Below are positions 1 through 8,906 of a stretch of DNA of 64,000 nt, piece by piece (the stretch's first letter is position 1; every line of letters begins with the position of its first letter). Source of the stretch: Bacilli bacterium (GTDB lineage Bacteria; Bacillota_I; Bacilli_A; RF39; UBA660). Under the pieces are notes generated by a model. It had not been told where the DNA came from. It saw nothing but the letters and a program-made list of their open reading frames with translations, and did no database searches. The stretch lies in assembly GCA_017541325.1 (NCBI GenBank), contig JAFXZI010000014.1:45741-109740 (forward strand), in the 5' to 3' direction. A program made the position numbers and the translations under genes.

Positions 1-305
1 GTATTCATAATATTAGTATTACCATTTAAATTGCTACCATTCATGTTTCTAAAATTATTACCATTAACATTAGTTGTATTCATATTATTTGAATTACCAA
101 TATTATTCATAAATTCTGGATTATTCATAATATTTGTATTATTAATATTATTTCTATCCATCTCTTTCATAGCATTTAAAGTACTATTAACACTATCCAT
201 TGGATTATTCATAACATTTTGATTGTTCATATTATCTGGATTATTCATATTATCCATACCATTCATGTTATTAGTATTATTCATTCCATTCATATCGTTA
301 TCCAT
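1..305 (-). CDS. Asn/Met-rich low-complexity repeat protein, N-terminal part only (gene runs off the window start)
   Basis: Minus-strand ATG at 303-305 preceded by AGGAGG (revcomp of cctcct 311-316). Translation MDNDMNGMNNTNNMNGMDNMNNPDNMNNQNVMNNP... is made of MNN/NMN repeats and stays open to position 1. The ORF track shows only a + ORF here (31..222), which I consider spurious. Confidence 0.45.
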   Translation of the reverse strand, partial: MDNDMNGMNNTNNMNGMDNMNNPDNMNNQNVMNNPMDSVNSTLNAMKEMDRNNINNTNIMNNPEFMNNIGNSNNMNTTNVNGNNFRNMNGSNLNGNTNIMN

Positions 306-338
306 AAATACCTCCTACTTTGCTTTTAATATTATTTA

Positions 339-1328
339 TTAATCATAATAAATACCCGCAGTTTTAAAATAATATTTTCCATCTTTATATGCAAATATAT
401 ATTTTATTTGTGTTGGAAATTCATCAAGATATGCTCCTTTTTTAGTATCAGGAGCTTTACAATTTCCATATTTATTTGTTTCAGAATTATATTCTTTTAC
501 ATAATAATTAGTAGTTATTGTAAGTAAATTATACTCTTGTTTAATATTATCAATTGAATCATCGCACATATCATAACCGCCAAGTACCAACGTTAAATCT
601 GGTGGTTGATAGTGATTTGCTTCATAAAACAATTTTTTATCCTTGTTATATAGTACACCATATATACCAAATTCTTTCACTTCATCATTTAGTTTTTCAT
701 CAAACATTTTTAAATATTGCTTTTCAACATTTTCAAGCGTTGCATATCTAGTTTTAGTATCTATTTTATACTTACAAGGGCCTCCCCATTCACAATTAGT
801 AACAGATAAATCTGATTCATAACATGAACTCATATGTTGTGCAAGTCCATCTTTATTTAATTGTTCTAAATCCTTACAAGCCATTAAATCTTTTTCAAAA
901 CTATTTCTAACAGCATATTCAAGTTTTAATGCTTCTAAATCAGTTTTATCTCCCAAACCAACTTCTTCAACTAATACATGTAGATAATGATCATAATTCT
1001 TAATTCTATATAATTCAAATAATTCTTTAACTTCTTTACTATCCTTAGTTAGTTTTGGTTGTTGAACAGTTTTATCAATCCAATCTTCTATTTTTATTTT
1101 TTTATTATCATTAGATTCTTTTACTGTTTTTTCTTCTGTCTTTTTGTTGTCTTTTGAAGAGTTGTCTGCTGTTTGAGTATCTTTTTTTTCTACTTTAACA
1201 GTATCTTTATTAGAATTCTCTTTTGATTTAGTATTGTTATACGATGTCTTATTATTTATTGTAGTTCCACAAATAATTGAAACAACACCAATTAAAATTA
1301 TAACAATTCCAATTATGCGTTTCATCAT
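339..1328 (-). CDS. membrane-anchored hypothetical protein (N-terminal TM helix, K/T/N/D-rich linker, Cys-containing C-terminal domain)
   Basis: 329-aa ORF. N-terminus MMKRIIGIVIILIGVVSIICGTT is a signal anchor. It is followed by a charged low-complexity segment and a C-terminal region with 6 Cys (CYESDLSVTNCEWGGPCKYK...). No family recognised. Confidence 0.55.
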   Translation of the reverse strand: MMKRIIGIVIILIGVVSIICGTTINNKTSYNNTKSKENSNKDTVKVEKKDTQTADNSSKDNKKTEEKTVKESNDNKKIKIEDWIDKTVQQPKLTKDSKEVKELFELYRIKNYDHYLHVLVEEVGLGDKTDLEALKLEYAVRNSFEKDLMACKDLEQLNKDGLAQHMSSCYESDLSVTNCEWGGPCKYKIDTKTRYATLENVEKQYLKMFDEKLNDEVKEFGIYGVLYNKDKKLFYEANHYQPPDLTLVLGGYDMCDDSIDNIKQEYNLLTITTNYYVKEYNSETNKYGNCKAPDTKKGAYLDEFPTQIKYIFAYKDGKYYFKTAGIYYD

Positions 1329-1362
1329 ATCACCCTATAATAATCATATCAAAAAATCAAAA

Positions 1363-1389
1363 AAAGAGATAAATTTTTATTATCTCTTT
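1363..1389 (-). terminator. rho-independent terminator after glyQS
   Basis: aaagagata(9-nt loop)tatctcttt hairpin immediately after the glyQS stop; A-run on + strand gives a T-run on the minus transcript. Confidence 0.5.
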
Positions 1390-2763
1390 TTAGAAGTTTA
1401 CTTTTTCCTTTACATAGTCTATTACTTCATCTATAGAAAGAGTTATTTGTTCCATTGTATCTCTATCTCTAACTGTTACAGTACCATTATTTAAAGTATT
1501 ATCATCTATAGTTACTGCAAAAGGAGTACCAACTATATCTGATCTATGATATCTTTTACCAATGTTTCCAGCTTCATCATAATCACACATAAAATGTTTA
1601 GATAGTTTTTCATATATCTCTTTAGCTTTTTCAGAATGATATTTTTTAATTAAAGGAAGAACTGTTACTTTATATGGTGCAAGGAATGGATGAAATTTCA
1701 TATATTCTCTTGTTCCTTCTTCTGTTTCTTCTTCAGTATAACTATTAAATAGTAAAGCAAGACAAGTTCTATCAAGTCCATAAGTAGATTCAATAATAAA
1801 TGGAATAAACTTCTCATTAGTTTCAGGATCTAAATATTCTTGAGATATACCACTATACTCTTGATGTCTAGATAAATCAAAGTTAGTACGATTATGAGTA
1901 CCATTTACTTCACCCCATCCAAATGGAAACTTATATTCTATATCACATGCACTTTTTGCATAATGAGCTAGTTTTTCATGATCATGAAATCTCAAATCTT
2001 CTTCTGGAATACCTAAATCCATATAGAACTTTTTACCATATTCTTTAAAGAAATCATATAATTTCATATCTTCTCCTTCTTTACAGAAAGTTTGATATTC
2101 CATTTGTTCAAATTCTATAGTTCTAAAAGTAAAGTTTCCTGGAGTTATTTCATTTCTAAATGCTTTACCAATTTGTCCAATACTAAATGGTAGTTTAGTT
2201 CTCATACTACGAAGTACATTTAAGAAATTAACATATTCTCCTTGAGCATTTTCTGGTCTTAAATAAACAACTGATTTAGAATCTTGTACAACTCCTCTAT
2301 GAGTTTCAAACATTAACTTAAATTGTCTTATATCAGTAAAATCACTTTTACCACATACAGGACATGGTACTTTATTATCTTTTATATATTTTTGTGCTTC
2401 TTCATTAGTTAATTTATCTCCTAGACTACTATTAGTATAATCATTTAATAGATTATCTACTCTAAATCTATTTTTACAATGCTTACAATCCATTAATGGA
2501 TCAGCAAAAGAATCAACATGTCCGCTAGCTTCCCATACTCTAGGATGCATTAATATATCTGCATCAAGTTCATATGCATTAGGTCTTTCTTGAATAAATC
2601 TTTTTCTCCAAGCATCTTTAATATTATTTTTAAATCTACTACCTAAAGGACCATAATCCCAAGTATTGGCAAGTCCTCCATAGATTTCACTACCTTGAAA
2701 AATGAATCCATATTGTTTACAAAAATTAACCATTTTTTCCATATTCATATTATTACTACTCAT
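1390..2763 (-). CDS. glyQS: glycine--tRNA ligase (alpha2 homodimeric type)
   Basis: 457 aa. N-terminus ...FCKQYGFIFQGSEIYGGLANTWDYGPLG is the hallmark of dimeric GlyRS. AGGAGG sits 7 nt upstream of the ATG. Confidence 0.95.
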   Translation of the reverse strand: MSSNNMNMEKMVNFCKQYGFIFQGSEIYGGLANTWDYGPLGSRFKNNIKDAWRKRFIQERPNAYELDADILMHPRVWEASGHVDSFADPLMDCKHCKNRFRVDNLLNDYTNSSLGDKLTNEEAQKYIKDNKVPCPVCGKSDFTDIRQFKLMFETHRGVVQDSKSVVYLRPENAQGEYVNFLNVLRSMRTKLPFSIGQIGKAFRNEITPGNFTFRTIEFEQMEYQTFCKEGEDMKLYDFFKEYGKKFYMDLGIPEEDLRFHDHEKLAHYAKSACDIEYKFPFGWGEVNGTHNRTNFDLSRHQEYSGISQEYLDPETNEKFIPFIIESTYGLDRTCLALLFNSYTEEETEEGTREYMKFHPFLAPYKVTVLPLIKKYHSEKAKEIYEKLSKHFMCDYDEAGNIGKRYHRSDIVGTPFAVTIDDNTLNNGTVTVRDRDTMEQITLSIDEVIDYVKEKVNF

Positions 2764-2928
2764 AATATCCTCCTAAAAACAAAAACTTCTAGAATTTGTA
2801 AGGACGATTTATCGCGGTTCCACCTTACTTATTCTAGAAGAATCTCTCTTTGTATATAGCTCTGGGATTCCACCCCGTCATCGCTTCAATAACTAAAGTT
2901 TAATACTTTTTTTTATTTTTGTAAAGAA
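2764..2928 (-). promoter_or_regulatory. T-box riboswitch leader of glyQS (short, stem-II-less Gly type)
   Basis: The minus-strand transcript contains AGGUGGAACCGCG (revcomp of cgcggttccacc, 2813-2824), matching the T-box consensus. It overlaps a terminator hairpin (cuucuagaau...aauucuagaag) followed by a U-run just before the RBS. Confidence 0.8.
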
Positions 2929-4992
2929 TTAGTGATCAACTACTTCGATATTACCGGCTTGATGTTCAATTGTTCCTGTTTTAAATTTTTGATTTGCAAT
3001 TTGAGCACCTGTAAATGAAGTCCAGTTCCACTCTTTTCCAGTATTATTAATGATTTTAACTAAATAAGGGTCATTTGTTGCTGTTTTTGCAAAAATACCA
3101 TTATTCATACTAGTAACATATTTTGGAATAGATACAGTACCATATGTTCTCCAAGTATATGTACCTGATAATTTAGTTATTTTAGTCCCGTCAGGGGCAG
3201 TTTCTGGAATTACAAGAGTTCCTGTTGTTCCTGGATTAGGTCCAACGAAATCTGATATTTCATTGTATAAAATAGTACCATTTGTAACTTTAAACATAAA
3301 TCCGTTATGAATATATTCACTATTATTTGTAATAACGTTATGATAAAAAGTATTAGTATCAATTGTTAAATTTGGTACATCTGATATAGGAGGCAAGTTT
3401 AATGTTTTAATATTACAACTTAAGAATGCTGCTCCTGAAATTTTTGTTAATGTTACCCCTTCTTTTTTTGCTGGTATAGTTAAAGCATAATTAGCAACTC
3501 TTCCTCCACCATAACTAACAATAGTTGTATAATCCCATTTTCCCTTTCCAGGATTATCTGGATCGGCTATTCTTTTATAGAAAATACCATCTATTCCATC
3601 CATTTTATTTTGAACAAATGCTCCTCCTCCAATTGATGTAACAGTATCAGGAATATCAATAGATGATAATTGATTTCCTCTAAATGCAGTTGAACCAATT
3701 GTTTTTAAATTTGCAGGTAATTTAACACTTGTTAAACTATTACTATAAAAAGCAGAACTATTAATTGTTTCTACTGAATCTGGAATAGTAACAGATCCTT
3801 TTAATCCAGCACTTTGGAAAGCACTACTATCTATAGTTTTTAATTGATATCCGTTTTTCCATTCAGGAATTACTATATTTTCTCTTGTTTCTCCACCATA
3901 ACCTACAATTGTAGTAAAGTCTTTTGATCCATTAGACTTTGTTTTATAAATAAATGCATTAGCATCAGTAAAATTATTGTTTGAGAATGCTGCTCCACCG
4001 ATTGTTGCATTACTATTTATATCGATATCTGATAAACAGTTACCTTGGAACGCATATGATCCAATACTCTTTAATGAAGCCGGAAGAGTTACATTACAAA
4101 TCTTATTACTTGCAAATCCATATGAACCTATTTTTTCTAGTCCTTCAGGAAGAATTAATTGTTGAATTTTTGAATTATAAAAACCAAAATCTTCAATTGT
4201 TTTAACTGACTTAGATAGTTTTACGCTTTTTAAATTATTTCCTTGGAATGCTGCATATCCAATTGTAACAATTCCATCATATGAACGAACACTTGTTATT
4301 CCTTTACCTTTAAACGCCCTATTTCCTATTCGTGTTACTTTTAAATTACCTATTTTAGAAGGTATATCAACATCTAATCCACAACTAGTATTATAGTTAG
4401 TTATTGTTATTGTCTCATCTTCATTTTCTTCCCACTCATAACAATCTTGTCCTTGTTCTAAGGTTATATTTACTGTAGGTTCTGTTTTTTCTTTATTTCC
4501 TTCTTCATCGACAATAACTATATTATCTCTTCCACCTATTGGGAAAGAATTATTAATAGTTTTATCATCAGTTACATAAATTTTACCAATTGATAAATCT
4601 TTTTCTGCAGTTAAATCAATCTTATGTCCTGTTTCATCTACACTTACCCAGTAATATTTAAATTCTTTTTTATTATTAATTACTACTACTACATAAGCCT
4701 CAACCCATTTTCCATAAGGACTATCTTTAACAGCACCATTATCTGTTTCTAGATTCTCTATATTATAATAATATGTAGTATTAGTATCTCTTGCTATTAA
4801 ATCATTTTTAGAAAGCATATTTGCACATATTTGAATGTACTCTCTAGCAGTATTAATATATAGTTTTCTTTTACTCTTGTCTATATAGTTTGATATTCCA
4901 AGAATTGCAATCATTCCCATTATACCTAATAATACAACTACTGCAATTATTTCTATTAAAGTAAATCCTTTTTGATTTTTCATAATATTCAC
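2929..4992 (-). CDS. prepilin-type N-terminal cleavage/methylation-domain protein fused to a BspA-type leucine-rich-repeat surface domain
   Basis: 687 aa. N-terminus MNIMKNQKG|FTLIEIIAVVVLLGIMGMIAIL is a classic type IV pilin/pseudopilin class III signal. The C-terminal half carries repeated ~22-aa LRR_5-like units (IGSYAFQGNCLSDIDI, IGGAAFSNNNF, IGSTAFRGNQLSSIDIP...). Confidence 0.75.
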   Translation of the reverse strand: MNIMKNQKGFTLIEIIAVVVLLGIMGMIAILGISNYIDKSKRKLYINTAREYIQICANMLSKNDLIARDTNTTYYYNIENLETDNGAVKDSPYGKWVEAYVVVVINNKKEFKYYWVSVDETGHKIDLTAEKDLSIGKIYVTDDKTINNSFPIGGRDNIVIVDEEGNKEKTEPTVNITLEQGQDCYEWEENEDETITITNYNTSCGLDVDIPSKIGNLKVTRIGNRAFKGKGITSVRSYDGIVTIGYAAFQGNNLKSVKLSKSVKTIEDFGFYNSKIQQLILPEGLEKIGSYGFASNKICNVTLPASLKSIGSYAFQGNCLSDIDINSNATIGGAAFSNNNFTDANAFIYKTKSNGSKDFTTIVGYGGETRENIVIPEWKNGYQLKTIDSSAFQSAGLKGSVTIPDSVETINSSAFYSNSLTSVKLPANLKTIGSTAFRGNQLSSIDIPDTVTSIGGGAFVQNKMDGIDGIFYKRIADPDNPGKGKWDYTTIVSYGGGRVANYALTIPAKKEGVTLTKISGAAFLSCNIKTLNLPPISDVPNLTIDTNTFYHNVITNNSEYIHNGFMFKVTNGTILYNEISDFVGPNPGTTGTLVIPETAPDGTKITKLSGTYTWRTYGTVSIPKYVTSMNNGIFAKTATNDPYLVKIINNTGKEWNWTSFTGAQIANQKFKTGTIEHQAGNIEVVDH

Positions 4993-5019
4993 CTACTTTA
5001 ATAATAACATTTTGTATAG

Positions 5020-5050
5020 TAAAAAAGAGATATTTTTATTGTCTCTTTTA
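5020..5050 (-). terminator. rho-independent terminator after the YitT-family gene
   Basis: aaaagaga...tctctttt hairpin with flanking A/T runs, 24 nt below the 5074 stop. Confidence 0.45.
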
Positions 5051-5073
5051 TCTATTTTACTTAAAAATGTAAA

Positions 5074-5961
5074 TTATTTAGTTATTTTTCTCTTTTTCTT
5101 TAAAGTATTCTTAGCTTTTGTAGATTTAATATGATTTCCAATAATCTCAGATATATCAGAAACAGTTACAAATGCACTATTATCTTCATCATTTATAATT
5201 CGTCTAAGTTCTGGAAGTTCTAGTCTTGTTAAAACTACATAAATAATATCTTTTTTACCACTTATTAATCCAGAACCTTTCATAATAGTACAAGTTCTTC
5301 CAAGTCTTTCATAGATTAGATTAGATATTTTATCAGAATGATCTGTAATTATCATTATTTCTTTAGCTTGAGTTAATCCTTCACTTACAAAGTCTATTAC
5401 TTTAAAAGTAATTACATATGTAAGAAGTGAATATAAAGCTCTATCTATCCCAAAAATAAATCCAGCAGTTCCAAATATAATCATATTAAATAGTAATACT
5501 ATTTGCCCTACTGAAAAAGAAGTATTTTTACTAATTACAATAGCAACTGATTCAGTACCATCTACACATCCACCAGAACGAATTACAAGTCCAACACCAA
5601 TTCCAAGTAAAGCTCCTCCATAAACAAGTCCTAAAAGAGGATCTCCTGTAAGAGCTGGACTAGATGCGAACATTTCAAGTAGTAGTGAAAATAAAGCAAT
5701 ACTATATAATGCTTTTAATAAGAATTGTTTTCCTAAATTTTTATATCCAACATAAATAAATGGAATATTAATAAGAAATACAAGTAAACCTAAATTAATT
5801 TTAGATAGTTTATGAATAATGATAGAAATACCAGCTACTCCTCCATCTAAAATAGAATTAGGTATTAAGAACTCTTGTAGAGCAAAAGCTGCTAATAAAG
5901 AACCTAAAGTCATTCCTAAAAAATCGATAAATAGTTTTATTTCTTTACTTTTGTATTTCAT
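5074..5961 (-). CDS. YitT-family (DUF161/DUF2179) membrane protein
   Basis: 295 aa, polytopic. N-terminal FIDFLGMTLGSLLAAFALQEFLIPNSILDGGVAGISII is typical of the YitT family. The C-terminal soluble DUF2179-like part is present. Confidence 0.75.
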   Translation of the reverse strand: MKYKSKEIKLFIDFLGMTLGSLLAAFALQEFLIPNSILDGGVAGISIIIHKLSKINLGLLVFLINIPFIYVGYKNLGKQFLLKALYSIALFSLLLEMFASSPALTGDPLLGLVYGGALLGIGVGLVIRSGGCVDGTESVAIVISKNTSFSVGQIVLLFNMIIFGTAGFIFGIDRALYSLLTYVITFKVIDFVSEGLTQAKEIMIITDHSDKISNLIYERLGRTCTIMKGSGLISGKKDIIYVVLTRLELPELRRIINDEDNSAFVTVSDISEIIGNHIKSTKAKNTLKKKRKITK

Positions 5962-5998
5962 ACCATCACCTATTATTAATTATATCACAAAATATGCT

Positions 5999-7144
5999 TT
6001 ATTCACTTTTTTCTCTATTAAATTTTTCTTCTACTAATCTTACTGGTAATGATTTATCTTTTAATATTGAATCTATAGATTGATCATTATGAATATTATA
6101 AATAATTTGTGCAATTAATTTTGAACAATCTGCAATATGTAACCATTTAGCTTTTTTATATTCTTCTGGAATATAAGATAAGTTTGTTGTATAAAGTCCA
6201 TTAAATTTACCAGCATTATAGTATTCTTCAAATTTATCTATTCCTTTTGTAAATAATGCATATGTAGTAGCAAGATAAATATATTTAACACCTAATTTAT
6301 TTAATTCTTCTATTATATCGAACATAGAGTTACCAGAAGAAATCATATCATCAGAAACAATTGCTGTATATCCATCTAAATCTTTCATACCACTATAATC
6401 ATGAGCAATAATTGGATATTTACCATCAACTAAATTATTATAATCTCTTTGTTTATAAAAGCTTCCTGCTTCACGAGTAATCTTTTTAGAATTAAATGAG
6501 TTTAAATAGACATTACGTCTACCAACAGCACCATTATCAGGAGCTACAAAGACTATTTTTTTTAATCTATTCATACTTAAATCATTAATCATTTTTTCAA
6601 GTATTTGATTTGTAGGAAAGAAGTTATCAAATTCCATATTATGAATAGCATGTTCTACTCCTTGATCATGTGCATCAAAAGTAATAAAACTCTTTACTCT
6701 ACTCATCATATCTAGTTCATGAAGCATCATACCACAAGCTAGATTTTCTCTTGTATTTCTTCTATGTTGTCTACCTGCATATAAAAGTGGCATAACTACA
6801 TTAATACTTTTAGCATGACAATTACATGCTCCTATACCATCTTTTAATTGTTGCATTAAGTCATTAGGACTCGTATGATTAATAAATCCATGCATTTTGT
6901 ATTCTAAAGAGTAATTACCAATATCTGTTAACATAAACATATCTTTTCCACGAACAGTTTCATTTATTTCTACTTTCAAATGCCCATCTTCAAAATAGTT
7001 TTGTTTAATCGGAATTAAAAAAGTATTTTTTTCTTTATCAAGATTATACATTTCTAATAAATGTTCATCTACTTTTTTCCCTAATTCTTCTGCACTATCA
7101 AATACCATTAGTCTTAAATTAATTGTTTCATTTTGTTTCTTCAT
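5999..7144 (-). CDS. ribose-phosphate pyrophosphokinase family protein (divergent, insert-containing paralogue)
   Basis: 381 aa. Recognisable Prs blocks: DGHLKVEINETVRGKDMF (resembles DGEIRVEIGESVRGKDVF), LLYAGRQHRR (PRPP-synthetase Arg/His loop), FDAHDQGVEHAI..FDNFF (DLHA..QGFF), VAPDNGAVGRR, and IVSDDMISSGNSM (PRPP-binding DxxD-TxGT-like loop). It has extra segments relative to canonical 315-aa Prs. Confidence 0.65.
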   Translation of the reverse strand: MKKQNETINLRLMVFDSAEELGKKVDEHLLEMYNLDKEKNTFLIPIKQNYFEDGHLKVEINETVRGKDMFMLTDIGNYSLEYKMHGFINHTSPNDLMQQLKDGIGACNCHAKSINVVMPLLYAGRQHRRNTRENLACGMMLHELDMMSRVKSFITFDAHDQGVEHAIHNMEFDNFFPTNQILEKMINDLSMNRLKKIVFVAPDNGAVGRRNVYLNSFNSKKITREAGSFYKQRDYNNLVDGKYPIIAHDYSGMKDLDGYTAIVSDDMISSGNSMFDIIEELNKLGVKYIYLATTYALFTKGIDKFEEYYNAGKFNGLYTTNLSYIPEEYKKAKWLHIADCSKLIAQIIYNIHNDQSIDSILKDKSLPVRLVEEKFNREKSE

Positions 7145-7164
7145 CTTCTTCTCCTTTTCTACAT

Positions 7165-7194
7165 AAAAAAGAGTAAGCTAAAAACTTACTCTTT
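7165..7194 (-). terminator. rho-independent terminator after the flippase gene, upstream of the prs-like RBS
   Basis: aaagagtaag(ctaaaaa)cttactcttt hairpin. The minus transcript continues with UUUUUUAUG..AAAGGAG..AUG of the next gene. Confidence 0.5.
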
Positions 7195-7284
7195 GTTTAT
7201 ATTTAAATTACTACATAAATTGGATTTGTTAAACATATTACCATCTCCATTTTAAGTATATCATAAGAAATAAAAAAAAGAATA

Positions 7285-8823
7285 TTAACTTATTCTTTTT
7301 CTTTTAAATATTTTTCTAATTATACTCTTCATTAAATCTAAAAAGTATTTAAATTCCTCAGTATTATGAAATAGTATAAAGAATATTAAATTAGGAATTA
7401 ATACACACATTAGACACTTAAATATAAATATTAATAATACTGGTCCAGTAAGTAAACTAAGTAAATAATACATTATATAGGCTAAAGCAATAGTAAAGAT
7501 CATTCTTAGAATATATTCCATATAATATTTAGAAACACTTACTTTAAACCCATCTTTATAAAGAATAAATACTTCTATCCAGAAAGGAAGTGTAAAATAA
7601 CTAATTAAAGTTCCCAAAAATACTCCAAGTACTCCTAATTTTATAGATAGAATAATAGAAATACCAATATTAGCTATTGCTTCATAAATAGTTATATATC
7701 TATCTTTATAAAAGATTCCACTAGCTTCTCTAAATGAATTAACTACTTTTCTCATTACTGTAAAATAGAATATTAATACTAAAACTAAGACTATTTCTAT
7801 ATTAAATATATATTCTTTTCCCGCTATGATTTCAATAAAATCATTAAATAATACCATTAAACATATTGAACAGAAAAAAGCAATCCAGAAAGTAGCTAAA
7901 TTAGCTTTGTTAAATAATTCTATTCTTCTTTTTTCATCTTGGTCTACCCAAAAGTTTCCTACTCCAGGAGTAAGAGATGTATATACTTGATTAATTATCA
8001 TATATAGTGCATACATAACTAAGTAATAGTTAGAATAAAAACCAACCGCTTCCAAACTAACAAATTTAGATATTACAAGGTTATCAGTAGAATTAACTGC
8101 TACTCCACCTACTTTTTTTAGCATTAATGCTTTAGTGTTTTTAATTATTTCTTTAGTATCTTTCTTATCTAATTTCTTAACATTCTTTTCTTTTAAGAAT
8201 GGATACATTTTATCAGCTTTTTTAGATAATGCCCAGTTAGAAATAATAGTTAAGATAACTTGAATAATTAAATATCCAAAATAATCATGTGACATAAATA
8301 AATATATTATTTGTAATACATTCATTAATATATAAAAACTATATCTATAAATAGTTTCTATATGTCTATTTTGATCTGCTAAAATAAGATTTCTCTTATA
8401 TGAAAAGAAATAAGATACTGCAGTATTTGTTACAAATAACATATATATTATTTCTATGCCTTCGATATCAGGCATATCTTTAATAAAAAATGATAAAAAT
8501 GGTGTTAAAAGAAATCCGATTGCAAATATAACTACACCTATTACAGAATATACATGTTTAAATAAAAGCATTAAGGATTTTATCTTTTCATTATCATGTT
8601 TTGCAAGTGGTCTATATAAAGAATAAGTTATTGCAGTTCCAACACCAAGTTCAGTTAATGATAAAATCGTTAAGATATTTGAGAACAATCCATTTAATCC
8701 CAAATAAGTACTATTTAATACTCTAATAAAAACAATACGGACAATAAAACTAGCTATAATACCTAATGTTTGTCCGATAAGTGACCAATATACATTTCTA
8801 ACCATATTATTTGTTCTAGACAT
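7285..8823 (-). CDS. polysaccharide-biosynthesis (Wzx/MOP-superfamily) flippase-like membrane protein
   Basis: 512 aa, about 14 TM segments. N-terminus VRNVYWSLIGQTLGIIASFIVRIVFIRVLNSTYLGLNGLFSNILTILSLTELGVG is typical of PST-family flippases. Confidence 0.7.
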   Translation of the reverse strand: MSRTNNMVRNVYWSLIGQTLGIIASFIVRIVFIRVLNSTYLGLNGLFSNILTILSLTELGVGTAITYSLYRPLAKHDNEKIKSLMLLFKHVYSVIGVVIFAIGFLLTPFLSFFIKDMPDIEGIEIIYMLFVTNTAVSYFFSYKRNLILADQNRHIETIYRYSFYILMNVLQIIYLFMSHDYFGYLIIQVILTIISNWALSKKADKMYPFLKEKNVKKLDKKDTKEIIKNTKALMLKKVGGVAVNSTDNLVISKFVSLEAVGFYSNYYLVMYALYMIINQVYTSLTPGVGNFWVDQDEKRRIELFNKANLATFWIAFFCSICLMVLFNDFIEIIAGKEYIFNIEIVLVLVLIFYFTVMRKVVNSFREASGIFYKDRYITIYEAIANIGISIILSIKLGVLGVFLGTLISYFTLPFWIEVFILYKDGFKVSVSKYYMEYILRMIFTIALAYIMYYLLSLLTGPVLLIFIFKCLMCVLIPNLIFFILFHNTEEFKYFLDLMKSIIRKIFKRKRIS

Positions 8824-8906
8824 ATCGACACCTCAAAGAAATTATATCATTTCCATATATTTTCTACAATTAGCAATAAAAAAATAGACATTTGTTGGAC
8901 AAATGT

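Noticed and set aside
31-222. Plus-strand 63-aa ORF from the track at the window start
   Set aside because: Ile/Leu/Phe-rich mirror frame of the minus-strand Asn/Met-repeat gene. The minus frame has a strong AGGAGG RBS and stays open to the window edge.
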